Source of the DNA: Limisphaerales bacterium
GTDB taxonomy: Bacteria > Verrucomicrobiota > Verrucomicrobiia > Limisphaerales > JAYPXF01
Direction: 5' to 3'
Assembly: GCA_047608975.1 (NCBI GenBank)
Contig: JBLFYM010000010.1
Coordinates: 12,745 to 76,744 of the forward strand
Length of the DNA: 64,000 nucleotides
The notes under the pieces are model-generated. The model saw only the letters and a list, made by a program, of their open reading frames with translations, searched no databases and had not been told where the DNA came from. Position numbers and translations under genes: made by a program. Below, one piece after another: positions 18,401 through 26,277 of this stretch (positions within the stretch are counted from its first letter, which is position 1; every line of letters begins with the position of its first letter).

Positions 18401-19692
18401 ATTCCGAGATCACTATCTCCGCCGATCGAAGTGGGCCGTTCGAGGTCGACGAAGCCTTGTGGAACTCGGCAACGCCTCCCTCTGAGGATGCCTTTGCGGA
18501 TTCACTGATCGCTGCTTCGAAGAGCTTTCTGGTCCGGCGTGATGACGGCAAAACCGTAATTGCGGGTTACCCCTGGTTTCTCGATTGGGGTCGGGACACA
18601 CTGATTTGCGCGCGGGGGCTTCTGGCGGCGGGACTGATTGATGAAGTGCGGGATATTCTCATCGTCTTCGCACGATTTGAAGAGAAGGGAACTTTGCCGA
18701 ATACCATTCACGGAGCGAATGCGAGCAACCGCGACACCTCAGATGCGCCACTTTGGTTTGGCGTCGTGTGCGAGGATCTCGCCGCCATCATCGGCGACGA
18801 AGTGTACGCGCTGAAGATTGACGACGCGGGACGCACGATTGCGGAGGTACTGCAAAGCATCGGCGAAAATCACCTGCGCGGAACCCCCAACAAGATCCAC
18901 GTTGATCACGAATCAGGGTTGGTCTGGAGCCCGAGCCACTTCACCTGGATGGATACCAACTTCCCGGCGGGAACCCCGCGCGAAGGGTATCCGGTGGAGA
19001 TTCAGGCTTTGTGGATCCGACTGCTTCGACAGCTCGGAAAGCTGGGCGGCGAATCCCACGGCATCGCCTGGAATGAACATGCCGATCGGGCATACGCCTC
19101 GTTCAACAAACTTTTCTGGTTGGAAGAGCAGGGCTGGTTTGCGGACCTCCTGATTGCCGGCGAACATCAGCCGGCTTCCGAAGCCATCCCGGATCAGGCC
19201 CTACGCTCGAATTGTCTGAAGGCGATCAGTCTGGGTCTGGTCCGTGGTGAACAGGCCCGGCGAACCGTCACCGCCGCTCGCCGCCACCTGGTGATTCCCG
19301 GAGCCATCCGCTCGCTCGCGCCTTTGCCAGTCACCCCGCCATTGCCGGTGAAGAAGGACGGGCAACTTCTGAACAACCCCGATGAACCTTACTGGGGAAC
19401 GTATGAAGGCGACGAGGATACCCGTCGTAAACCCGCCTACCACAACGGCACGGCCTGGACCTGGCCGTTTCCGGTTTTCTGTGAGGCACTGCTCGAAGCC
19501 TGGGAACATTCACCGGCGGCGATCCGCGCGGCGAAATCCTATCTGGCGAGTATGGAGCACATTCTTCGCGATGGCTGCGTTGGTCAGATTCCCGAGGTGC
19601 TGGACGGCGATGCACCGCACACGCAACGCGGTTGCGACGCCCAGGCCTGGGGGGCGACGGAAGCGATCCGGGTGTGGCGGATTTTGAAGTAG
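15421..19692 (+). CDS. Fusion of a GH13 alpha-amylase-family catalytic domain (GlgE/transferase-like) and an amylo-alpha-1,6-glucosidase (GDE_C / GH133-like) domain
   Basis: GH13 regions: DLVINHTG (I), GFRCDAGYK (II), LLEGLGG (III), SETHDND (IV), plus HPEWF. The C-terminal half has GYPWFLDWGRDT, GYPVEIQALW and YHNGTAWTWP, typical of glycogen-debranching (alpha/alpha)6 barrels. ATG 15421; TTG alternative at 15343. Confidence 0.85.
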   Translation: MQPGPGERFVRFVGDFIEFSLSSPAAASWRDQKWEARLRTNLGRAETQRREIVEANFEKVSLAGASWRDIPMRWEDGRWVISLPLTEVGYFSAKPYVVDPEGHQHWPDGDDIGISIHPEDYRTGNTVYCAFTRMFGPGKTLAKTINEEEEARFQELEKRGLTVIPQSGTLRDLKAELPFIINDLGCRIVHLLPVNPTPTTMAKMGRFGSPYAAQNLAGIDPALVDFDEKSTGVEQFCELTYEAHHLGGKIFLDLVINHTGWGSDIFEDHPEWFIREADGQFESPGAWGVKWGDLVELAHKHADLWDYLSEVFLTWCRRGVDGFRCDAGYKVPAPAWQHIIARVRQEFPAALFLLEGLGGGWVDTETLLTEGGMQWAYSELFQEFKGPNVAGYLEHSYKQSDRVGLLVHYSETHDNDRLSERGKDWSLLRNRLCGLTSPNGGFGFTCGVEWLAPEKIKVHAARGLNWGAKENIVTELKQLNDLISDHPAFFDGAKISRLSESDSVVYAIRRDSAAGADTVLVLANTDTKKVQTVSLNAADLKELGATPVELLGQELPQIQRAAKTITFQLAASACHCLGAAAEPTGVSGDQYRNQRLLASRALGALTSVQRPRNVGSCDWQELSELVSENPAAFLAAASALAPEVYHGELIADLKALTATAFPNVIDWALPDRKRITVVPDNHWLLIDDRVAFRGTLTIEGQEFPSRVESVQLGDRHLAWFPPIRGITAKATLALERYTEIDPQISAGLLFQSDEPGLGISDQLPARDDIVLLTNGCGAMSRICVDLGRVKSKYDCVLGANLDAALPVDRHIFVKRLRLWVDADGFITPLDYDNLVELNAGTAARWKFVASAGDGRSVEIHLIATMVPEENTVLLRFERPEGPPRFGRELPADCKVRLTARFDIEDRSFHWETKRNGGSEAHFNSHCGALPDDAGFSFQPAGRTLELSTAHGRYHPAPEWSENLPHAIEATRGMTASGDGFSPGWFELPLAPGGHSEITISADRSGPFEVDEALWNSATPPSEDAFADSLIAASKSFLVRRDDGKTVIAGYPWFLDWGRDTLICARGLLAAGLIDEVRDILIVFARFEEKGTLPNTIHGANASNRDTSDAPLWFGVVCEDLAAIIGDEVYALKIDDAGRTIAEVLQSIGENHLRGTPNKIHVDHESGLVWSPSHFTWMDTNFPAGTPREGYPVEIQALWIRLLRQLGKLGGESHGIAWNEHADRAYASFNKLFWLEEQGWFADLLIAGEHQPASEAIPDQALRSNCLKAISLGLVRGEQARRTVTAARRHLVIPGAIRSLAPLPVTPPLPVKKDGQLLNNPDEPYWGTYEGDEDTRRKPAYHNGTAWTWPFPVFCEALLEAWEHSPAAIRAAKSYLASMEHILRDGCVGQIPEVLDGDAPHTQRGCDAQAWGATEAIRVWRILK

Positions 19693-19714
19693 AAAGTGGA
19701 CGGCGACGAACCGC

Positions 19715-20218
19715 TCAGGGACCGGCACGGCGACTCATCAGGTCGGCAACCCGGGCGGTGTCACTGGCATCATGACACTGCCAGTGCTTGGTGACGACCT
19801 GCACGATCTCAAGCGGACGGTCGAGATGCGCGTGCCGAAGAATCACGCTCATTTGATCAGAGCCGACCAACGCGATGATCCGTCGTCCGGGAACCTTGAT
19901 TTTCCAAACCAAATCCGTCAGCCCGGCGAGCGACTCGGAATCGAGGGTCTCAAAATGGGTCAGATCGAGAACACACCCCCCCGTGGGGCCGCCTTTGCGC
20001 CAGTGATCAATAATCTCCCCGGCAATCTGTTTCGAACTCTCTGGAAGCAGCGGCGGCGTGAACGACACCACCAGCTTTTCACCGGCCTGTTCGATCTGAT
20101 GGCCGGGTGAAGAATGCAATTTCTTGGTGCTCCGTCCTCCACTTCCGGGCGGCGGTTTGCTGCGGGTCTGCCTGGGGAGCTTCGGGGAAGGCGTTTCGTC
20201 TGATGTGATCGCTGCCAT
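19715..20218 (-). CDS. STAS-domain protein (anti-sigma-factor-antagonist-like) with a basic Pro-rich N-terminal tail
   Basis: C-terminal ~110 aa LVVSFTPPLL..S..IAGEII.......GGCVLDLTHFETLDSESLAGLTDLV have STAS-like topology. ATG 20218 chosen because the longer ORF would overlap the upstream kinase. Confidence 0.6.
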   Translation of the reverse strand: MAAITSDETPSPKLPRQTRSKPPPGSGGRSTKKLHSSPGHQIEQAGEKLVVSFTPPLLPESSKQIAGEIIDHWRKGGPTGGCVLDLTHFETLDSESLAGLTDLVWKIKVPGRRIIALVGSDQMSVILRHAHLDRPLEIVQVVTKHWQCHDASDTARVADLMSRRAGP

Positions 20219-20285
20219 AAGATTACCCTGACTCCGGTGAGTCTTTGCGTTTTCCCGGCCGGAAGTGCCGGTGGAAATATTGATC

Positions 20286-22220
20286 TCAGCCGGCATTGTC
20301 AAGTTCGCCCCCCTTCCTGATCTGCGCCGCAACGGCCTGCGTGGCTTCCTGCAATTCAAACGGTTTTTGCAGAATGCTGGTGTCGTATTGTTCAATCAAC
20401 AGACGCTCAGAATCCTCCAGATATCCGGAGGCGAGCACGAAGCGAACACTGGGGTAGGCCTCCGCAACCCGGGCGATCAACTGCAGACCGGTCACCTTGC
20501 CCATGTTGTAGTCGGTGAACAGCAAATCGGGAGGAGCGGCCATTTTTTCAAGCGCGGCCATGGCCTCATCCGGCGAGGCGGCGGGGGTCACTTCGTAGCC
20601 GGCGGCCTCCAGGCAGTCCTGCGTGAAATCGAGAACGTATTCCTCGTCATCCACGAGCAAAATGTGACCGCTGCCCATTTCCAGTTCGGGCAGGCCCTGT
20701 TCCTCGCACAATTCGATATTCCCGTCGGGTTCCGGCGGCAAACCATCGGCGAGCGGCAGATACATGTTGAAGGTCGTGCCCTCGCCATGACGGGAATCCA
20801 CCTCGAGCAAACCGCCGGCTTCCTTGATCGCCTTGTGAACGATCGACAATCCGAGACCGGTGCCTTTGCCTGGCGGTTTGGTGGTGAAAAACGGATCAAA
20901 GATCTTGCGCAACAATTCAGGTGGAATACCACCGCCGGTATCCGCCACCTTGCAATGGGCGAAGCTCGCGCCCGCTTCCGCGCCAACCTCCGTGGCCTGC
21001 GTCTCGGTGAGTTCGGTCAAGCCGGCCCATAACAGCAGACGCCCGGAATTGCCCATCGCGTAGAGCGCGTTCACGCACAGGTTCATCAGCATCTGATGCG
21101 CGTGCGTGGGATTCATATCCACGTAGAGAGGGAGTTCCGCCGGCTGCACATCGATGTCGATCGCGCGTTCCAGCTTATGGCTGGACATCTGGCCGGCATC
21201 CTCAATGAGCTGGTTCAGATCGATCACCTCGCGTTTGTTATCGGAGGCGCGGCTGAAGGAAAGCAGTTGACGGGTGATGTCCGCCGCCCGGCCGGCGGCG
21301 TCTGATACCTGCCGCAGCTTCTGCCGCACGGGCTCGCTCAGGTCCGAAGTGCCGAGCACGAGCTTGGTGTTTCCGCGAATGACCTGCAGCAGGTTGTTGA
21401 AATCATGTGCGACTCCGGCGGCGAGGGTGCCGACGGTCTCCATCTTCTGCGATTGGAACAGCTGTTCTCGCATCTTGCGCTGCTCGGTGATGTCGCGTTC
21501 GAAAGAGGCATAGCCGATGAGATCGCCGTTGCGCTCCCGCACGGGCGTGGCGGATACGGCCACCGGATAGAAGCTTCCATCCGCGTGCAGATTGACGAGT
21601 TCACTCGTCCAATCCTTTCCGCTTTCCAACGCCGCGCGGCATTCGGCGATTTTCGCGGCTTCCGAATCGGCCCGGAAGAAATCCGCGGTCTGTCCCAGCA
21701 CATCCTCGATGGTGTAGCCGGTGATCTTGTGGAAGGCGGGATTGACGAAATTGATCCGGAAGTTGGCATCCGTCATGAACACCGCATCGGCGCTGCACTC
21801 CAGCGCCGCCATGACGCGACGCATGTGTGCCTCCAGACGATGGCGGTCGCTGACGTCGCGCAGACAGACCAGACAATGATCGGCGGTGAGCCGGTGAATG
21901 CTGATGTCCGCGGTGATGGTCGCTCCAGCCCGCGATTTTACGTGGGCCGCCGCGAGGAGCAGTGATCGCGGCCGGCGCGCCTCCGCATTGAACCAGGACG
22001 CCAACCGCGGATCGCGGGTGGGGAGCAGTTCGGTCACTTTGATTGTCGAGTCTCCGTCGAAAAGCTTGCGGGCCGTCTGATTGGATTCGACCAGCGCGCC
22101 ATCGGAGCGGCAGATCCACTGGGCATCCGGCGCCCGTTGGAAACTGCTGCGCCAAAGCTCTGGGATTGAAGAGTCGAGCTCTTCAATCCGGCTGACGGCA
22201 GTGTCTGGAGAATCGTTCAC
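20286..22220 (-). CDS. Hybrid sensor histidine kinase (PAS repeats + HisKA/HATPase + receiver)
   Basis: PAS-like modules. H-box [14 protein letters not shown]-box [13 protein letters not shown]-boxes DTGGGI and [10 protein letters not shown]-terminal receiver [10 protein letters not shown]...LLFTDYNM...VLASGY. Confidence 0.9.
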   Translation of the reverse strand: MNDSPDTAVSRIEELDSSIPELWRSSFQRAPDAQWICRSDGALVESNQTARKLFDGDSTIKVTELLPTRDPRLASWFNAEARRPRSLLLAAAHVKSRAGATITADISIHRLTADHCLVCLRDVSDRHRLEAHMRRVMAALECSADAVFMTDANFRINFVNPAFHKITGYTIEDVLGQTADFFRADSEAAKIAECRAALESGKDWTSELVNLHADGSFYPVAVSATPVRERNGDLIGYASFERDITEQRKMREQLFQSQKMETVGTLAAGVAHDFNNLLQVIRGNTKLVLGTSDLSEPVRQKLRQVSDAAGRAADITRQLLSFSRASDNKREVIDLNQLIEDAGQMSSHKLERAIDIDVQPAELPLYVDMNPTHAHQMLMNLCVNALYAMGNSGRLLLWAGLTELTETQATEVGAEAGASFAHCKVADTGGGIPPELLRKIFDPFFTTKPPGKGTGLGLSIVHKAIKEAGGLLEVDSRHGEGTTFNMYLPLADGLPPEPDGNIELCEEQGLPELEMGSGHILLVDDEEYVLDFTQDCLEAAGYEVTPAASPDEAMAALEKMAAPPDLLFTDYNMGKVTGLQLIARVAEAYPSVRFVLASGYLEDSERLLIEQYDTSILQKPFELQEATQAVAAQIRKGGELDNAG

Positions 22221-22223
22221 GGT

Positions 22224-23486
22224 TCAGCAGAAGATCATCAGGGATTGGCGAATCGGACTGATGGAATCGTGATTGTGCAGTTTGTCGATGAACGCCCGGC
22301 TCAGCAGCTGGCCGTTGGGGATGAGCAATACGCCGTTGGCGGTGTAGATACCGTTGGCAATGACCATGCCCGGCAGTAATTCCACCAAGAGGACCTCACG
22401 CTGCTTGCGGGAAACCGGGGCCTTGGGCAGGGAACGCTGGAACGCGCGCACGGCTTCCGGATCAAAGAGCGTGCCGCTGCCGAGCTTGACCGACGCGATT
22501 GCTTCCAGGTCGTTGGTGCCGCTTTCCACGAAGTGCACCACCACCGCCAACAAACGGGCCAGCCGGGGGATCTTGTCGCGGGCCAGACCGTCGGGAAAAC
22601 CGGTGCCATCAAATCGTTCGTGGTGGCCGCGAATGGTGGCACCCACAAGTTCCAGATCGGCGGCAAAACTGGTCAGCTCCTGCCCGAGTACCGAGTGATG
22701 TTCAACGAGCCGCCGTTGCGCCTGGTCAATGGTATCCGGACTCTCCTGCCAGCGCTTGATGAGTTTGCGGGGCACACCCACCAATCCGATGTCGTGCAGC
22801 AGCGCGGCGATTTCAAGGGTTCGTTTCTCCTCGGCCGTCAGGTCCATATCGGCGCACATCGTCTGGCAGATTTCCCGGGCCCGGCGCGCCTGGCTGCCCA
22901 GGATCGGGTAAAAGGTTTCAATGGTGGTCAGGCACAGTTGAACTGAGCAATCGAGATTCTTGCTCAGCGCATTTTTCTGTTCCTCGATGGTGGTGACCGT
23001 CTCGGCGAGTTCGACATTGAGCCTCTTGAGCTTCTTGTTCATCGCCAGCGTGGTCGCCTGCAGGATCTTGTTCCGGCAGATGAGCTGATAGCGGTTGGCG
23101 GAGTTCCGAACAGTGGCCAGCAACTCCTCACGAAGCCATGGCTTGGCGAGAAACCGGTAAATCTCGCCGTGGTTGATGGCGTCAATGACGGTGTTCAGGT
23201 TGACCACGGCGGTGATCAAAATGCGGGTCGCATCGGGCTGAATCTCCTTCACCCGCCCGAGGAATTCGAGTCCCTGCATTCCGGGCATCACCTGGTCGCT
23301 GATCACCACGGAATACTGATCGCTGGCGATGTATTCCAACGCCTCCTGGGCGTCGCATGCAGTGTCGATCTGGTAGCCCTCGCGTTTCAACGTATCGCAC
23401 AGCGCGATGCGAACGATCTCCTTGTCATCCACCACGAGAATGCGATGGCAGGCGGGATCGACGGATAAATTTTCGGCATCAACCAT
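22224..23486 (-). CDS. Response regulator with HD-GYP phosphodiesterase output domain (RpfG-like)
   Basis: Receiver ILVVDDKEIV...VVISDQVMPGMQG...ITA. HD-GYP: LLHDIGLVGVP and HHERFDGTGFPDGL. The ATG overlaps the upstream kinase stop by 8 nt. Confidence 0.9.
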   Translation of the reverse strand: MVDAENLSVDPACHRILVVDDKEIVRIALCDTLKREGYQIDTACDAQEALEYIASDQYSVVISDQVMPGMQGLEFLGRVKEIQPDATRILITAVVNLNTVIDAINHGEIYRFLAKPWLREELLATVRNSANRYQLICRNKILQATTLAMNKKLKRLNVELAETVTTIEEQKNALSKNLDCSVQLCLTTIETFYPILGSQARRAREICQTMCADMDLTAEEKRTLEIAALLHDIGLVGVPRKLIKRWQESPDTIDQAQRRLVEHHSVLGQELTSFAADLELVGATIRGHHERFDGTGFPDGLARDKIPRLARLLAVVVHFVESGTNDLEAIASVKLGSGTLFDPEAVRAFQRSLPKAPVSRKQREVLLVELLPGMVIANGIYTANGVLLIPNGQLLSRAFIDKLHNHDSISPIRQSLMIFC

Positions 23487-25113
23487 AGATAGTGTTCAGT
23501 AGGTTCGCGTCAAGGATACCTCTCAGCTGTGCAGCGGTTGCAGCCTCGTCCGCGCATCCGGCTATAGTTGAATCGGCAAAGCAGGAGAGATCTTGAGAGG
23601 AAATTTCGCCAAGGTTCAGCATCGCCACCAACGGCAGGCCGCGAGAGCGTTGCCGGACCTGTTGGAGCAATTCGATGTGAGCGTCTGAATTTATGCCACC
23701 GGCGGCGACAACCACGGCGGCGAAGTCCAAGCCGTGAGTCTCGAGATGATGGAAAGCAAGCTCCCGGGATTCCGGGGTGACGATCCGAATGGAATGCTCA
23801 CCCAGTGCGGGACGCCACCTGTCGGCGGTGTCGCCGTCGAAATTGATCAACAGCGCCCACTGCTCATCCGGGCCGGCAGATCGCTCCGGTGGACTCGCAG
23901 CCGACAGCCAGATTTCAACGGAAGTGCCGCGGCCTTCATCGGAATCAAGTTCGATCACACCGCCGCTGAACTCCACAAACTCGCGGACCTGCACCAGTCC
24001 CAACCCGATTCCAAGATTGTGCACGTGAGTTGTGAACCACGGGTCGAACACACGTTCCAACTCACCGGGGCTCATGCCGCGACCAGTGTCGGAGATCCGC
24101 ACATAAAGCACGCCCGATTGGGTGTCACTCAAGGTGTCCAGTGACGTCAGGGATTTTGGTACCTTCTCGGCCTGACTGAGTTGAATGCGAAGCACGCCGC
24201 CCTCAGGCATGGCCCAGACGGCATTCAAAAGCAGATTCGCGAGCATTTCCGAAAAGCCATTTCGAGCGGCATAAAGAAGTGGTGGATCAACGCCTTTCTC
24301 CAGTCGCACCTCCACCTTCGCCGGAACCGTCCGGCCCAACAGGTGCAACGTCTCGTCCAGCACGGCCGAAGGATCAAAGAACTCCGGTTCGGCCCGACCT
24401 CGGCGCAAGGCACTGCCGAGGTTTTGGAGGACATCCCGCGCCTGCATGGCGGAATTCAGCATGGCGGTGGAGCCCTCGGGGGGCGCACCAACGGCCTGCA
24501 TGCCGGCAATCAGATTCGCCAGTTCATGGAGCATGCCGCGGCACATGCGCACACCCGCGGCGGAGATGGCGCTGCGCAGGAGCCGGGCCTCGGCGTGCGT
24601 CTCTCGGGTGGCATCGATCCAGCAGCCGTCAAACCCCTCAATATCTCCGTTGGGCGCACGCAGAACCGTTAGCTGCTCCCGGATGTGGTAGATGCGCCCG
24701 TCGACCTGGTTGCGGATTCGAAAACACTGTGACATTCGGTCACGCCCTGTATTCAGCCGATGTGCGCGGAGTTCCTCCCGGTCGGAAGCAGGAACGCATT
24801 TCCAAAACGCGTCCGGATCCTTGATCAAATCGGTGGGAACGATGCCGGTAATGGGCAAGGAAGCCGCATTCAGCTGAGCGATACGACCATCGGCGTGCAG
24901 CCGGAGAACGACCACCGGCAACCAATCCAAATCTTCCCGGGGCAGCACCCGGGGAGGGTGGCTGAGTCCGCTTCGCTCCTTTGTGCCCGGAACCGCGGGC
25001 AAGGCAGAACCTTCACGTTCAGCGACTGGCATGGGTTTAATATCGGCCGCAAACGGAAACGCCTGAGACGGAATCTCAACTATTTTGTCACCACCCTGAA
25101 ATGCTTCTCCCAA
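23479..25113 (-). CDS. Sensor histidine kinase (PAS + kinase core) with a degenerate C-terminal receiver-like domain
   Basis: PAS-like region, H-box-like MLHELANLIAGM, LLNAVWAMPEGG, DTGRGMSP and GIGLGLVQV. The last ~127 aa are receiver-like but lack the phospho-acceptor Asp (FAAVVVAAGG). The start given is TTG; the first in-frame ATG is at 25032. Confidence 0.8.
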   Translation of the reverse strand: MGEAFQGGDKIVEIPSQAFPFAADIKPMPVAEREGSALPAVPGTKERSGLSHPPRVLPREDLDWLPVVVLRLHADGRIAQLNAASLPITGIVPTDLIKDPDAFWKCVPASDREELRAHRLNTGRDRMSQCFRIRNQVDGRIYHIREQLTVLRAPNGDIEGFDGCWIDATRETHAEARLLRSAISAAGVRMCRGMLHELANLIAGMQAVGAPPEGSTAMLNSAMQARDVLQNLGSALRRGRAEPEFFDPSAVLDETLHLLGRTVPAKVEVRLEKGVDPPLLYAARNGFSEMLANLLLNAVWAMPEGGVLRIQLSQAEKVPKSLTSLDTLSDTQSGVLYVRISDTGRGMSPGELERVFDPWFTTHVHNLGIGLGLVQVREFVEFSGGVIELDSDEGRGTSVEIWLSAASPPERSAGPDEQWALLINFDGDTADRWRPALGEHSIRIVTPESRELAFHHLETHGLDFAAVVVAAGGINSDAHIELLQQVRQRSRGLPLVAMLNLGEISSQDLSCFADSTIAGCADEAATAAQLRGILDANLLNTIYG

Positions 25114-25405
25114 AAACTCTCACGAGCGCGGCGGCCCGGTAGCGCGGCTCTGGAGAGCCAAACTGTTCCGCTGGCGTTCGTTACTGGTGTGGGTCGCCGC
25201 AATTGATGTGACCTATGTTTCTTCGTCCTTGGCTTAACCTTGGTCCGAATCTCCGAAGATTGAGACAAAGATTAAGAATTCTGCCTCAGAGCCAGATTCA
25301 CTTGAGTTACGATCTGTTTGACGGCCTGCACTGGCGGACCACAAGCCGAATCGATTCGCATACGGTGTTTCCCTAATGAGGGATACAGGAGAGATTACCC
25401 GCCTC

Positions 25406-26272
25406 TCAGCCAGCCGCTGGATCGGTGATTCCGAACTGCAGCAACGGCTGACTGCTCACATTGGCTTTCCCCCGCCACATCCGAATCAAATGACGGACGG
25501 GTCGGAACCCGGAGTCTTTTGCCAGCTCGGCGGCGGACGTATTGGCGTCCGGCAAATCCCAGAAAGACCGGCCGCGGATCCGGCGGAGAATCTTCCCGGC
25601 AATCAGAAGTCCCCCGGCCTCGTCCGATGCCACAATAGGTCCGATGTAATTTGCGCGCATTCCTTCGCGCGCCATCCCAAAGGCGGTCACTTTCCCGACC
25701 TCATCGTGCGCCACCGAAACGATGGCCGACCGATCCGCCAGTCGTCCCAGCCAACGGAGCCTCCTCGCGCCGAAGATCTGGGCATCCCAATCGATCTGAT
25801 CCGGAAACGTCTCCCGCGCAAACGCCACGCTCGCGTCCCCCGTAGGATTTGCCTCCCAGCGATGCAGTTCCCATTCGGCGGTGAACCCGAGCTTTTCGTA
25901 GACCATCATCCCTTCCGGCGTCGCATCGAGTTTGATGCACTTCACACCTTCATTGTCCAGATAGGCAATGGCTTGTTGCATGAGGGCGGAGGCGATTCCA
26001 CGGCGGCGATAGTCCGGATCCACCAACATCATGCCGATCCAGGCCAGATCCGATCCGTAGGAAGTCGTGGTGACCGTTCCCACCGGCTGACCCTCCCACT
26101 CTGCGAGGAAGCAACCGGAGGGTTCATATTCCATGAAACGGACCCAGTCGGCGCGGGTCTGGTTCCAACCGGCAAGGGCGCGCAGTCGATCCGCATGGAC
26201 GAGATCCGCGGATTGCAACAGCCGGATCTGGAGTGGGTCGGGAATTGCTTTCCTGCTGTGATCCATGACCAT
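25406..26272 (-). CDS. GNAT-family N-acetyltransferase (two-domain, YitH-like)
   Basis: GNAT core VDPDYRRRGIASALMQQAI (Q/RxxGxG/A motif) followed by a second C-terminal domain. ATG 26272 chosen; the longer ORF extension to 26473 is Arg/Ser-rich and overlaps the divergent gene. Confidence 0.75.
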   Translation of the reverse strand: MVMDHSRKAIPDPLQIRLLQSADLVHADRLRALAGWNQTRADWVRFMEYEPSGCFLAEWEGQPVGTVTTTSYGSDLAWIGMMLVDPDYRRRGIASALMQQAIAYLDNEGVKCIKLDATPEGMMVYEKLGFTAEWELHRWEANPTGDASVAFARETFPDQIDWDAQIFGARRLRWLGRLADRSAIVSVAHDEVGKVTAFGMAREGMRANYIGPIVASDEAGGLLIAGKILRRIRGRSFWDLPDANTSAAELAKDSGFRPVRHLIRMWRGKANVSSQPLLQFGITDPAAG

Positions 26273-26277
26273 CCAGC

